Assembly (NCBI GenBank): GCA_044224375.1
Contig: JBGAKL010000006.1
Coordinates: 198,018-262,017 of the forward strand
DNA from: Cyclobacteriaceae bacterium
GTDB lineage: Bacteria; Bacteroidota; Bacteroidia; Cytophagales; Cyclobacteriaceae
Reading direction: 5' to 3'
Length of the DNA: 64,000 bases
The notes below the pieces were generated by a model. That model was not told the origin of the DNA. It did not search any database and saw only the letters and a list, made by a program, of their open reading frames with translations. Numbering within the stretch: position 1 is the stretch's first letter; every line of letters begins with the position of its first letter. Below, one piece after another: positions 21,788-30,791 of this stretch. Position numbers and translations under genes: made by a program.

Positions 21788-23407
21788 ATGCGCACCCGAC
21801 TGTCAATTTTAGCCATTTTTGCGGCGATTTCGACGACTTTCGCTCAAACGGAGAAACCGGTTGATTCAAAAATCACCAGCATTACAGTCTTTCTCGCCAA
21901 GGCGCAACTGACCCGCGAAGTAAAAACACGCGTCGATGCAGGTAAGACAAATATTATTATCACCGGCCTTACCTCGCAACTCGATCCTGAAAGCATCCAG
22001 GTGAGTGGAAAAGGAAACCTGGTGATTCTTGGCACCAGTCACCGGCAGAATTTTCTGACCGACCTCAACACTCCCAAATCGTTGAAAGCCCTAAAAGACT
22101 CGGCAGAATATTATCAAAAACAGATTGGTTTGGAGCAGAGTCAAAAAGAGATTCTGAACAAGGAGGAAGCGATGTTGCTGAGCAATCAGCGCATCGGTGG
22201 CACGAACCAAAATCTTACCGTCACCGAATTAAAGGCGATGGCCGATTTTTACCGGTCGCGACTGACAGAGATTGTTAATGCGAGGGTGAAAGAGGACGAT
22301 AAGATCAAACATTTGAGCACCAAACTGGCGCGTATTCAGCAACAGATCCGTTCGCAAAATGATTTGTATGCGCGTAATACAAGTGAGATCGTTGTAAGTG
22401 TCTCAGCGGATGCAGCAACCGGCGCCGAGCTCACTTTGAACTATGTTGTTCCGAATGCCGGCTGGTATCCGGTGCACGACTTGCGTGCGGTTAACACAAA
22501 AAGCCCTGTCAACCTGAGCTACAAGGCGAATGTGTTTCAAAACACTGGCGAGGATTGGAAGATGGTTCATTTAAAGTTATCCACTGCGAATCCCAACCTC
22601 GGCGGAATGAAACCAGAGCTCTCTGCATGGTACCTGGATTTTTATCAGCCCATGGTGTTGCGAAACCAGGACATGAAGCGCAAGACTGCAGGAGTAGCAG
22701 GTGCTGCGCCGGCCATGATGGAAAGAAAAACGGACGTTGCCGAGGAACAGCTTGCCGAGGTGGTGCAGGTGTCGGATTTTGTCAACACAATTCAAACTTC
22801 ATTGAATACGGAGTTTGACATCTCACTTCCATACAATGTCCCATCATCCAACCAACCGACGCTCGTAGACATTCGCAACTACGAAATGAAAGCGAACTAC
22901 CAATACTCCACCGCTCCGAAGCTCGACGTGGATGCCTTCCTCATCGCCAAAGCGACCGGCTGGGAAGAATTCAGTCTGCTGCAGGGTGAAGCGAATATCT
23001 TCTTTGAAGGAACGTTTGTCGGAAAGACTTTCATCGATCCGAATTCTATCAAGGACACACTGTCCGTTTCAATGGGCCGCGACAAGCGCATCGTAGTGAA
23101 GCGCGAGAAAGTAAAAGACTTCACTTCACGGAAAGCGATAGGATCTAATGTTCGTGAAACGAGTGCGTACGAAATTTCAGTACGCAACACCAAGCAGGAG
23201 CCTATCACAATCGTAGTGGAGGATCAAGTCCCCGTTTCACAAAACAGTCAGATCGAAGTGGCCATGATCGACGCAGGAGGTGCAGCCTACAATAAAGATA
23301 CCGGCAAGCTCACTTGGACGTGGATCATCCAGCCGAACGAAACGAAGAAGGCGACCTTCAAGTTTGAAGTGAAATATCCGAAGGATAAACAAGTCAGTGG
23401 ATTGTAA
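21788..23407 (+). CDS. Secreted DUF4140/DUF4139-type protein (MuiA-like family)
   Basis: 539 aa with a signal peptide, a central coiled coil, and ...LTLNYVVPNAGWYPVHDLR... as in that family. Recognised from memory only. Confidence 0.6.
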   Translation: MRTRLSILAIFAAISTTFAQTEKPVDSKITSITVFLAKAQLTREVKTRVDAGKTNIIITGLTSQLDPESIQVSGKGNLVILGTSHRQNFLTDLNTPKSLKALKDSAEYYQKQIGLEQSQKEILNKEEAMLLSNQRIGGTNQNLTVTELKAMADFYRSRLTEIVNARVKEDDKIKHLSTKLARIQQQIRSQNDLYARNTSEIVVSVSADAATGAELTLNYVVPNAGWYPVHDLRAVNTKSPVNLSYKANVFQNTGEDWKMVHLKLSTANPNLGGMKPELSAWYLDFYQPMVLRNQDMKRKTAGVAGAAPAMMERKTDVAEEQLAEVVQVSDFVNTIQTSLNTEFDISLPYNVPSSNQPTLVDIRNYEMKANYQYSTAPKLDVDAFLIAKATGWEEFSLLQGEANIFFEGTFVGKTFIDPNSIKDTLSVSMGRDKRIVVKREKVKDFTSRKAIGSNVRETSAYEISVRNTKQEPITIVVEDQVPVSQNSQIEVAMIDAGGAAYNKDTGKLTWTWIIQPNETKKATFKFEVKYPKDKQVSGL

Positions 23408-23430
23408 CCTTTAAGTTACCGTCCGTGCCT

Positions 23431-23476
23431 ATCCGTGTCCTCCGTGGCCTGATTTTTTGCCACAGATGGCACGGAT
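23431..23476. repeat. Imperfect hairpin/REP-like element (ATCCGTGTCCTCCGTGGC ... GCCACAGATGGCACGGAT)
   Basis: The arms match at 15 of 18 positions by hand. The word TTTTTTGCCACAGATG is repeated exactly, inverted, at 32056-32071. Confidence 0.7.
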
Positions 23477-23491
23477 TCCTTATTTTTAGGC

Positions 23492-24598
23492 ATGTCTAAA
23501 GTCGGTGTCTTCCTTGTGTTTCTAATCCTTCCAACTTTTGTCGTTGCCCAGGTGATCAACAAAGCGAACATGGACACCGTGCAGACTATGACCGTAGATG
23601 GCCACGTCGGAGTGGGAGGGTACGTCGATGCCTACTATGGTTATAATTTCAACAAGCCATCGGATGGGACGAATCCATATTTCGTCAATTCTGCCCGTCA
23701 TAACGAGCTGACAATAAACCTGGCCTATGTCGATGTGCACTATAAATCCAAGTACATGCGTGCGCGCTTTGTTCCGGGGTTCGGAACGTACATGGATGCC
23801 AACTACAAAAATGAACCTGGATCTCTTAAGAACATGGTGGAGGCAAACGCGGGCGTCTTGATCTCGGAGAAGCGGCAGATATGGATCGATGTAGGTGTTT
23901 TGGGATCACCATATACAAACGAAAGTGCCATTTCCAAAAGTCAACTGATGTACACACGTTCATTTGCTCCGGAAAACGTCCCATATTATATCACGGGTGC
24001 CAAATTGTCTGTTCCGATCAGCGAGAAGGTAAGTGCTTATTTTTACCTGATCAATGGTTGGCAGGTAATCCAGGACAACAACTCTGGAAAGTCATTAGGA
24101 ACGCAGTTGGAATACCGCCCTAATAAAAAAATGTTGTTCAACTGGAACACGTACACGGGTGATGAGCGCTCCGATCAAAGCCCGGACAACCGGATGCGCT
24201 ATTTCAATGATTTCTACTGGATCTATAATTCTGGTGGCAAGTTTTCGGCAACTTCCTGCTTCTACTTTGGCTATCAGGAGAAAGCGAATGCGCCAACAGC
24301 CCAGTGGTGGCAGGCGAATTTTATTGCCAGCTATGCATTCAATGATATTGTATCCCTCTCAGCACGCATCGAGCACTTTGACGATGAAGGTGCACTTTAT
24401 CCGACATCCATCACTGGCACACCTGGATTCCGTGCCTCGAGTACCGGAGGGTGTGTGAACTTCAAGCTGCATAAGTGGGCACTGGCGAGATTTGAGGCAC
24501 GACAATTCTTTTCATCGGAAGATGTCTATTATGACCGGAACAAAGTCCCGACAGGAAACAGTACGTTGCTGATTGGAAGCCTGACGGCGTGGTTTTAG
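23492..24598 (+). CDS. Porin-like outer-membrane beta-barrel protein
   Basis: 368 aa with a signal peptide, alternating beta-strand pattern and terminal ...LTAWF. Confidence 0.6.
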   Translation: MSKVGVFLVFLILPTFVVAQVINKANMDTVQTMTVDGHVGVGGYVDAYYGYNFNKPSDGTNPYFVNSARHNELTINLAYVDVHYKSKYMRARFVPGFGTYMDANYKNEPGSLKNMVEANAGVLISEKRQIWIDVGVLGSPYTNESAISKSQLMYTRSFAPENVPYYITGAKLSVPISEKVSAYFYLINGWQVIQDNNSGKSLGTQLEYRPNKKMLFNWNTYTGDERSDQSPDNRMRYFNDFYWIYNSGGKFSATSCFYFGYQEKANAPTAQWWQANFIASYAFNDIVSLSARIEHFDDEGALYPTSITGTPGFRASSTGGCVNFKLHKWALARFEARQFFSSEDVYYDRNKVPTGNSTLLIGSLTAWF

Positions 24599-24646
24599 TT
24601 AGCATAAATTGAATTCCGGAGACAAAAGGAAGAATGAGCCGCCGTG

Positions 24647-25564
24647 TCAGCGCTCGCCCCATGAAGCAAGAACTCCTTCTTTTAGTGAATAGGAAGAAAC
24701 CTTGATTTCCTCGAATCTAAATTTCTTAATCAAATAATCTACCAGGCAGCTTGCCACGACGATCATGTCAACGCGCATGTCGATCATTCCGGCGATCTTC
24801 ATTCTTTCTGCCCGGTTACCTGATAGTAGCATCGCGTGTATCTCGAAAAAATAATCTACCGTGAGCGGAGTCGCTGGGAACTCATGGGAGATATCGATGT
24901 TGTGAGCAATACAATAGATTTCACTTAGTGTATCGAACGTCCCGGAGGATCCGACGAGCACTTTTGGCCTGAGTTGGATGGCTGCCTCTTTCAGGTCAAC
25001 GAGTGAATTGTCAAAATACGTGTCGAGTTGAAGGACTTCCGCAGGAAGTATCGGGTCATGCTTTTGAAATTGTTCCAGTAGTCGCTGGGCACCGATCTCG
25101 ACGCTTTGTTTCCAGAATATCTGTTGCTCGTCCGCAATAATGAACTCCACGCTTCCTCCGCCGATGTCCACAATCAGGGATCGATCCATACCTAGCTTAA
25201 CCGCCGACCTTACGCCGAAGTAAATAAGCTCTGCCTCCTGATCACCAGGGATCACTTCGATGTGGATACCCGTTGATCTCTTAACTTCTTCAACAAATTG
25301 GGGTGCATTTGTCGCGTTCCTCAGCGCGCTGGTGCCAATTGCGCGTACTTCATTTACATCAAAGGAAATCATTGTTGATTTGAAATCTTTCAGACAAGTC
25401 AGCGCTCTTTCCGCTCCGTCCGCAGGAATGATGCCTTTGTTGATGCCGTTCTTGCCAATTTTCACCGCTCGTTTTTCAGCATGCAGTATCGATCCCCCTT
25501 TTTCAGCGATGAGGAGGTGGAAGGTGTTCGTACCGAGATCAATTATGGCAATACGTTCTTTCAT
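24647..25564 (-). CDS. Ppx/GppA-family phosphatase (exopolyphosphatase-like, short form)
   Basis: 305 aa, MKERIAIIDLGTNTFHLLIAE...DIGGGSVEF... Confidence 0.85.
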   Translation of the reverse strand: MKERIAIIDLGTNTFHLLIAEKGGSILHAEKRAVKIGKNGINKGIIPADGAERALTCLKDFKSTMISFDVNEVRAIGTSALRNATNAPQFVEEVKRSTGIHIEVIPGDQEAELIYFGVRSAVKLGMDRSLIVDIGGGSVEFIIADEQQIFWKQSVEIGAQRLLEQFQKHDPILPAEVLQLDTYFDNSLVDLKEAAIQLRPKVLVGSSGTFDTLSEIYCIAHNIDISHEFPATPLTVDYFFEIHAMLLSGNRAERMKIAGMIDMRVDMIVVASCLVDYLIKKFRFEEIKVSSYSLKEGVLASWGER

Positions 25565-25668
25565 AGATGACCTTCGCGACCCTTCGCGTCTTAGAGTCTT
25601 TGCGGCATATTTCGTACACTTGAAAACAGGAGAATCCTTATTACGAAGTACAGTTTTTTGCCGCTAAG

Positions 25669-25688
25669 TCGCAAAGGCGCAGAGCAGC
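25669..25688 (-). repeat. Short repeat GCTGCTCTGCGCCTTTGCGA (family shared with 46420-46440)
   Basis: The reverse complement of 25669-25688 differs from 46420-46440 by one indel and one mismatch (hand alignment). Confidence 0.6.
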
Positions 25689-25709
25689 GCGAAGAAATGA
25701 AACTATCCC

Positions 25710-25717
25710 TATATTTG
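25710..25717 (+). promoter_or_regulatory. Candidate -7 element TAtaTTTG for the carboxyltransferase gene
   Basis: CCCTATATTTG lies 20 nt upstream of ATG 25738. The same CCCTTATATTTG context occurs at 32141. Confidence 0.4.
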
Positions 25718-25737
25718 AATTTCAACAACCGCCTAAT

Positions 25738-27300
25738 ATGAGTGCATCCAAAACAACCTCCAACGATAAGGTTTCAGAGCTCGATAGAAAGAATAAGGAA
25801 GCGTTGTTGGGTGGTGGTGAAAAGCGAATCGAGCAACAGCACGCCAAAGGCAAGCTGACAGCCCGCGAGCGGATACAACTTCTCGTCGATGATGGCTCGT
25901 TCCAGGAGATGGGCGCTTTTGTTATGCATCGCAGTAAGGATTTCGGCCTTGATAAAGAATACTACCTCGGCGATGGTGTGATCACGGGATATGGAACTAT
26001 CCAGGGAAGATTGGTCTATGTGTTCTCACAGGATTTTACTGTTTTTGGAGGATCACTGTCCGAAACACATGCAGAGAAGATCGTAAAGCTCATGGAGCTG
26101 TCGATGAAGAATGGAGCGCCATTGATCGGACTTAACGATTCGGGGGGCGCGCGAATCCAGGAAGGCGTTGTGTCGCTGGGAGGCTATGCTGATATATTTT
26201 ACCGGAACGTAATGGCGTCTGGTGTTGTGCCGCAAATTTCGGCGATCATGGGACCATGCGCGGGTGGAGCCGTGTATTCACCAGCCATGACTGACTTCAT
26301 TTTCATGGTAGAGAATACTTCTTTCATGTTTGTGACCGGCCCCAACGTCGTGAAGACGGTGACGCACGAGAATGTCACGGCAGAGGAGCTTGGCGGAGCC
26401 ACCGCCCATAGTACCAAGAGCGGCGTTACGCACTTTGCATGCGCGAATGAAGCGGCTTGTATCGCCGATATAAAAAAATTGTTCAGCTACATCCCGCAGA
26501 ACTGTGAAGATGATGCGCCGCGATTGCCTTATACTCCAGCGGACGAACAACGACCCGTGCTTAATGATATTATTCCCGCCAACCCGAACCAACCCTATGA
26601 CATGCGCGAGGTGATAAACGGGGTTGTCGATGACGGAAGTTTTTTTGAGGTGCATAAGAATTTTGCCGAAAATATTGTTGTGGGATTTGCGCGGCTGGCA
26701 GGCAGGAGCATAGGCATTGTCGGCAACCAACCCGCATCGCTTGCCGGCGTTCTCGACATCGACTCAAGTGTGAAGGGTGCACGGTTTGTAAGATTCTGCG
26801 ACAGTTTCAATATCCCGCTGCTGGTATTCGAAGATGTTCCTGGATTTCTTCCGGGGACTGACCAGGAGTGGAATGGTATTATCGTGAACGGCGCGAAGTT
26901 GCTGTATGCATTTTCGGAGGCCACGGTGCCAAGAGTTACTGTGATTACAAGAAAAGCGTATGGCGGCGCATATGATGTGATGAATTCAAAACATATTGGC
27001 GCTGACTTGAACTTCGCCTGGCCCACGGCCGAGATCGCCGTGATGGGTGCAAAGGGTGCCGCAGAAATAATTTTCAAAAAAGATATTTCCGAAGCATCTG
27101 ACCCTGAAGCAAAGCTGGCAGAAAAGGTGGCGGAGTACACGAAGAAATTCGCCAACCCGTACCGCGCTGCTCACCGCGGGTATGTCGATGAAGTGATTTA
27201 CCCGCATCAAACACGGGAGAAGCTCATCAGTGCTTTTAAAATGCTGGAGAACAAAGTTGCTAATCTTCCAAAGAAGAAGCACGGTAATATCCCCCTGTAA
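25738..27300 (+). CDS. Acyl-CoA carboxylase carboxyltransferase subunit (propionyl-CoA carboxylase beta / methylmalonyl-CoA decarboxylase alpha type)
   Basis: 520 aa, ...[18 protein letters not shown]...[16 protein letters not shown]... Confidence 0.92.
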   Translation: MSASKTTSNDKVSELDRKNKEALLGGGEKRIEQQHAKGKLTARERIQLLVDDGSFQEMGAFVMHRSKDFGLDKEYYLGDGVITGYGTIQGRLVYVFSQDFTVFGGSLSETHAEKIVKLMELSMKNGAPLIGLNDSGGARIQEGVVSLGGYADIFYRNVMASGVVPQISAIMGPCAGGAVYSPAMTDFIFMVENTSFMFVTGPNVVKTVTHENVTAEELGGATAHSTKSGVTHFACANEAACIADIKKLFSYIPQNCEDDAPRLPYTPADEQRPVLNDIIPANPNQPYDMREVINGVVDDGSFFEVHKNFAENIVVGFARLAGRSIGIVGNQPASLAGVLDIDSSVKGARFVRFCDSFNIPLLVFEDVPGFLPGTDQEWNGIIVNGAKLLYAFSEATVPRVTVITRKAYGGAYDVMNSKHIGADLNFAWPTAEIAVMGAKGAAEIIFKKDISEASDPEAKLAEKVAEYTKKFANPYRAAHRGYVDEVIYPHQTREKLISAFKMLENKVANLPKKKHGNIPL

Positions 27301-27357
27301 AGAAGGCCTTGCCTCTCGTTTCGTTGATTTATAAATTCGTCTTTTAATTCTAAAATA

Positions 27358-28428
27358 ATGGATAAGAAAAGCTCAACCTTCCTTTACAAATACCTCAACA
27401 ATTCTTCACCCACTGGATTTGAATCCACCGGCCAGCAGATCTGGCTCGACTACATGAGACCCTATATTGATGAGCATATCGTCGACGTATATGGTTCGGT
27501 CGTTGGTGTCATCAATCCTAAGGCTCCTTATAAGGTGGTGATCGAGGCACACGCTGACGAGATTTCATGGTTTGTGAACTACATCACTGACGAAGGGTAC
27601 ATCTACGTCAGGCGCAATGGTGGCTCGGATCACCAGATCGCTCCTTCGATGCGCGTTAATATTTATACTGAGAAAGGCGTTGTGAAGGGTGTGTTTGGAT
27701 GGCCGGCGATTCACGTACGTGATGCTGGCAAGGAGGAGACACCAAGCCTCAAAAATATCTTCATCGACGTTGGTGCAGAATCGAAACGCGAAGTCGAGGC
27801 AATGGGAATTCACGTAGGCTGTGTGGCAACATTTGAAGATGAGTTTATAGAGCTTGGAAAGAACTTCTTCCTTGGACGTGCGCTCGACAACCGCATGGGC
27901 GGTTTCATGGTGGCAGAAGTTGCACGCCGACTCAAAGAAAACAAGAAGAAGCTTCCCTTTGGACTTTATGTCGTGAACGCAGTTCAGGAAGAGATCGGAT
28001 TGCGCGGAGCAGAGATGATCTCGCGCCGTATCAAACCTGATCTCGCAATCTGTACCGACGTCACGCACGATACGCAATCTCCGATGTACAACAAGAAGGA
28101 GAGTGGCAACATGAAATGCGGCCTCGGTCCTGTGCTATGCTATGGCCCTGCCGTACAAAACAACGTGCTGAAAATGATTATCGACGTTGCTACCAAAAAG
28201 AAGATTCAGTTTCAGCGCCAGGCAGTTTCCCGTTCTACAGGTACGGATACGGATTCGTTTGCATATTCTGCCGAGGGCGTTGCTTCGGCGCTGATATCAC
28301 TTCCGCTGAAATACATGCACACCACCGTTGAGATGGTTCATAAGAACGATGTGGAGAATGTAATCCGTTTGATGTACGAGGTGTTATTGAGTTTAAGACC
28401 GGGGCAGGATTTCAGGTACATTAAATAA
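27358..28428 (+). CDS. M42-family metallo-aminopeptidase (FrvX/glutamyl aminopeptidase-like)
   Basis: 356 aa, ...VVIEAHADEI...RALDNRMGG...VQEEIGLRGA... Confidence 0.82.
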   Translation: MDKKSSTFLYKYLNNSSPTGFESTGQQIWLDYMRPYIDEHIVDVYGSVVGVINPKAPYKVVIEAHADEISWFVNYITDEGYIYVRRNGGSDHQIAPSMRVNIYTEKGVVKGVFGWPAIHVRDAGKEETPSLKNIFIDVGAESKREVEAMGIHVGCVATFEDEFIELGKNFFLGRALDNRMGGFMVAEVARRLKENKKKLPFGLYVVNAVQEEIGLRGAEMISRRIKPDLAICTDVTHDTQSPMYNKKESGNMKCGLGPVLCYGPAVQNNVLKMIIDVATKKKIQFQRQAVSRSTGTDTDSFAYSAEGVASALISLPLKYMHTTVEMVHKNDVENVIRLMYEVLLSLRPGQDFRYIK

Positions 28429-28443
28429 GTTCAAGATTCATTC

Positions 28444-28455
28444 CGATAGCTATCG
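28444..28455. repeat. Degenerate copy of the CGATAGCTATCG palindrome
   Basis: 12-nt perfect palindrome in the M42/BtuF-like spacer. Confidence 0.5.
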
Positions 28456-28525
28456 AGACAAGGTTAAGGTTCTCTGTTGCAATTCGTTCTTCGGCTCCTG
28501 AAATGTCATCTAAACCATTGGTTTC

Positions 28526-29308
28526 TTGACGAAAGTTGTTTCGGTTGACCAGCTGGGAAGCCATCTCGAAATTGACTCCCCGCAAAGGATCGTTTCACTG
28601 GTTCCCTCGCAAACAGAACTGCTCTACGATCTTGGCCTGGAAGACCGCGTTGTCGGGATAACAAAATTCTGTGTTCATCCTGAGGCATGGCGCAAATCCA
28701 AAACCATTGTTGGCGGGACGAAGAACTTTCATTTCGACACCATCGCAAAGCTGAACCCGGATCTGATCATCGGAAACAAGGAGGAGAATTATGAAAACGG
28801 TATCGACACCCTGAGACAGCGATACCCGGTGTGGATGAGTGATGTTGTGAGCTATGCTGATGCGATTGCAATGATCAGGTCTGTTGCAGGGATTACCGAC
28901 ACACAAGCAAAAGGAATCGAGATAATCAAGTCAATTCAATCAGCGTTTGCTTCCCTACAAAACACTCGACCCTATCGAACATTGTACTTGATGTGGCGCG
29001 ATCCCTGGATGGGAGCGGCGTGTAAAACTTTTATTGACGGTATGCTGGAGAAGGCGGGCCTGGTGAACGTGCTGAGCGATGAAACCCGGTATCCTAAGCT
29101 TTCCGTTGAACGAATCCGCGACCTGAACCCCGAGTTGGTGCTACTTTCATCAGAGCCATTCCCGTTTCAATCAAAGCATATTGATGAGGTCAGAGAGATC
29201 TTACCTAAATGCAAAATACTGCTCGTGGACGGCGAAATGTTTTCCTGGTATGGCAGCCGGCTTCGCCTTGCTCCGGCCTATTTCGCCAATATTATCACTG
29301 GATTGTAA
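28526..29308 (+). CDS. BtuF-like / helical-backbone metal-receptor-type periplasmic-binding-fold protein, with no obvious signal peptide
   Basis: 260 aa, ...RIVSLVPSQTELLYDLGLEDRVVGIT... TTG start. The 3' end overlaps aroA tail-to-tail by 14 nt. Confidence 0.65.
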   Translation: MTKVVSVDQLGSHLEIDSPQRIVSLVPSQTELLYDLGLEDRVVGITKFCVHPEAWRKSKTIVGGTKNFHFDTIAKLNPDLIIGNKEENYENGIDTLRQRYPVWMSDVVSYADAIAMIRSVAGITDTQAKGIEIIKSIQSAFASLQNTRPYRTLYLMWRDPWMGAACKTFIDGMLEKAGLVNVLSDETRYPKLSVERIRDLNPELVLLSSEPFPFQSKHIDEVREILPKCKILLVDGEMFSWYGSRLRLAPAYFANIITGL

Positions 29309-30512
29309 ATCCAAGTGCCGTCATGTCGTCCCAGAACGTCGGGTACGATTTGTTGACGACTTCTGGTCCCTCGATAACGATGTCCATGCAAGTGGCAAGC
29401 GGTGCGAATCCCATCGCCATACGATGGTCATGATACGTGTTGAACGTTGGCTTCGCGCCGGGGACTTCTCCCGGTATCAACCTCCAGCGGTGACCGTCCT
29501 CTTCCAGCAACGTGCCAATCTTCGCGAGCTCTCTTTGCAAGGCCGCGATCCTGTCAGTCTCCTTGATTCGCAGGCTTTCAAGACCTGTAAACTCACCGCG
29601 CACGTGCTTCATGGCACAAACCGGTAATACGGTCTGCGCAAGGTCGGGACAGTTGGTGAAATCCCATGTTAGGAAATCGGTGGAAGCAGCCTTGGTGAGC
29701 CTCAGCCCTTCCGGCACGAACGCAGATTTAACACCAAGCTGTGACATCAGATCCACAATCACCCGGTCGCCTTGCAAGGCAAAAGACTCGACCTCGGGTA
29801 ATAGTATATCCGCCTTTTCGGCCAGAGCTGTGAACGCAAACCAGTAGCTCGCCGCCGACCAGTCTGGTTCCACAAGGTAGGTTGCTGCCTTATACTGGGC
29901 TGGGGGAATATGGATGATATCATCCTTCATGTCGGGCTTCACCCCAAACAATTCCATCAGCTCCGCGGTCATTGCGAGGTAGGGACGGCTTCCGACCTTT
30001 CCTTCCAGCCGGATGATAAGTCCTTTTGGGAGGTATGGCGCGGTCATCATCAACGACGAGATAAACTGGCTGCTGACATCGCCGCGCATAGTTATCTGGT
30101 AAGTTAATTGCGTACCGAATCCCTTTGTTTCTATTGGCGGAAACCCTTCTTTCTCTTTGTATTCTATTATGGCCCCAAGCTTTCGCAACGCATCAACGAG
30201 AACGTGTATGGGCCGCTCCTTCATTCTTTCCGTTCCGGTGATCACTTTGGTTTGCCCTGTTATGGCGAAATATCCTGTGAGAAATCGCATCGTAGTGCCT
30301 GCGTCCATCACATCGATACCACTTGACGGGGTAGACAATAGCTTTTGCATCAACTGGGTATCGCGTGCAGACGAGAGGTTCTTAATGGTTCCTTTGTTCC
30401 CTGAGAGTGCATTGATGATCAACGCGCGGTTGCTTAGACTTTTCGATGAAGGCAGCGAACGAACGTTTCCTTGCAGTATGTTTTTCTTAAGGATGGTGAT
30501 GACCTGGTTCAC
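29295..30512 (-). CDS. aroA: 3-phosphoshikimate 1-carboxyvinyltransferase (EPSP synthase)
   Basis: 405 aa, ...LPSSKSLSNRALIINAL... Confidence 0.9.
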   Translation of the reverse strand: MNQVITILKKNILQGNVRSLPSSKSLSNRALIINALSGNKGTIKNLSSARDTQLMQKLLSTPSSGIDVMDAGTTMRFLTGYFAITGQTKVITGTERMKERPIHVLVDALRKLGAIIEYKEKEGFPPIETKGFGTQLTYQITMRGDVSSQFISSLMMTAPYLPKGLIIRLEGKVGSRPYLAMTAELMELFGVKPDMKDDIIHIPPAQYKAATYLVEPDWSAASYWFAFTALAEKADILLPEVESFALQGDRVIVDLMSQLGVKSAFVPEGLRLTKAASTDFLTWDFTNCPDLAQTVLPVCAMKHVRGEFTGLESLRIKETDRIAALQRELAKIGTLLEEDGHRWRLIPGEVPGAKPTFNTYHDHRMAMGFAPLATCMDIVIEGPEVVNKSYPTFWDDMTALGFTIQ

Positions 30513-30602
30513 TAGGTAAAATGATTAGAGAGAAATTAATTTTTCTGGCGGTAATAATGGATTGAAGGAAACAAATTACTTTCAATATTAGTTAACAGAG
30601 TA

Positions 30603-30791
30603 ATGAGTACAACACGCAAAGTGGCGATCGGTATTGGAATAGCTGGAGGAGCGATCCTGGCGGCCTGGTTGTTTACGGGCACCCGGAAAAAGAAGACCAA
30701 GGACTTCCTTGTTAGGAGGGCCCATGACATCAAAAAAAGCTTGAAGAAAGCTGACGCACCGGCGGAAGATTCAGATGTGAACTACGTCTGA
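30603..30791 (+). CDS. Possible small membrane protein (YtxH-like architecture)
   Basis: 62 aa with one TM segment (VAIGIGIAGGAILAAWLF) followed by a Lys-rich tail. It overlaps the aroB 3' end by 21 nt, so it may be spurious. Confidence 0.35.
   Translation: MSTTRKVAIGIGIAGGAILAAWLFTGTRKKKTKDFLVRRAHDIKKSLKKADAPAEDSDVNYV

Noticed and set aside
26595-27155. 186-aa minus-strand ORF inside the carboxyltransferase gene, plus other antisense ORFs in 26053-27282
   Set aside because: They are antisense to a highly conserved enzyme and have no motifs.
28429-28525. Possible cobalamin riboswitch upstream of the BtuF-like gene
   Set aside because: The spacer is only 97 nt, and I could not see a B12-box-like element. 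It is too short for that riboswitch class.
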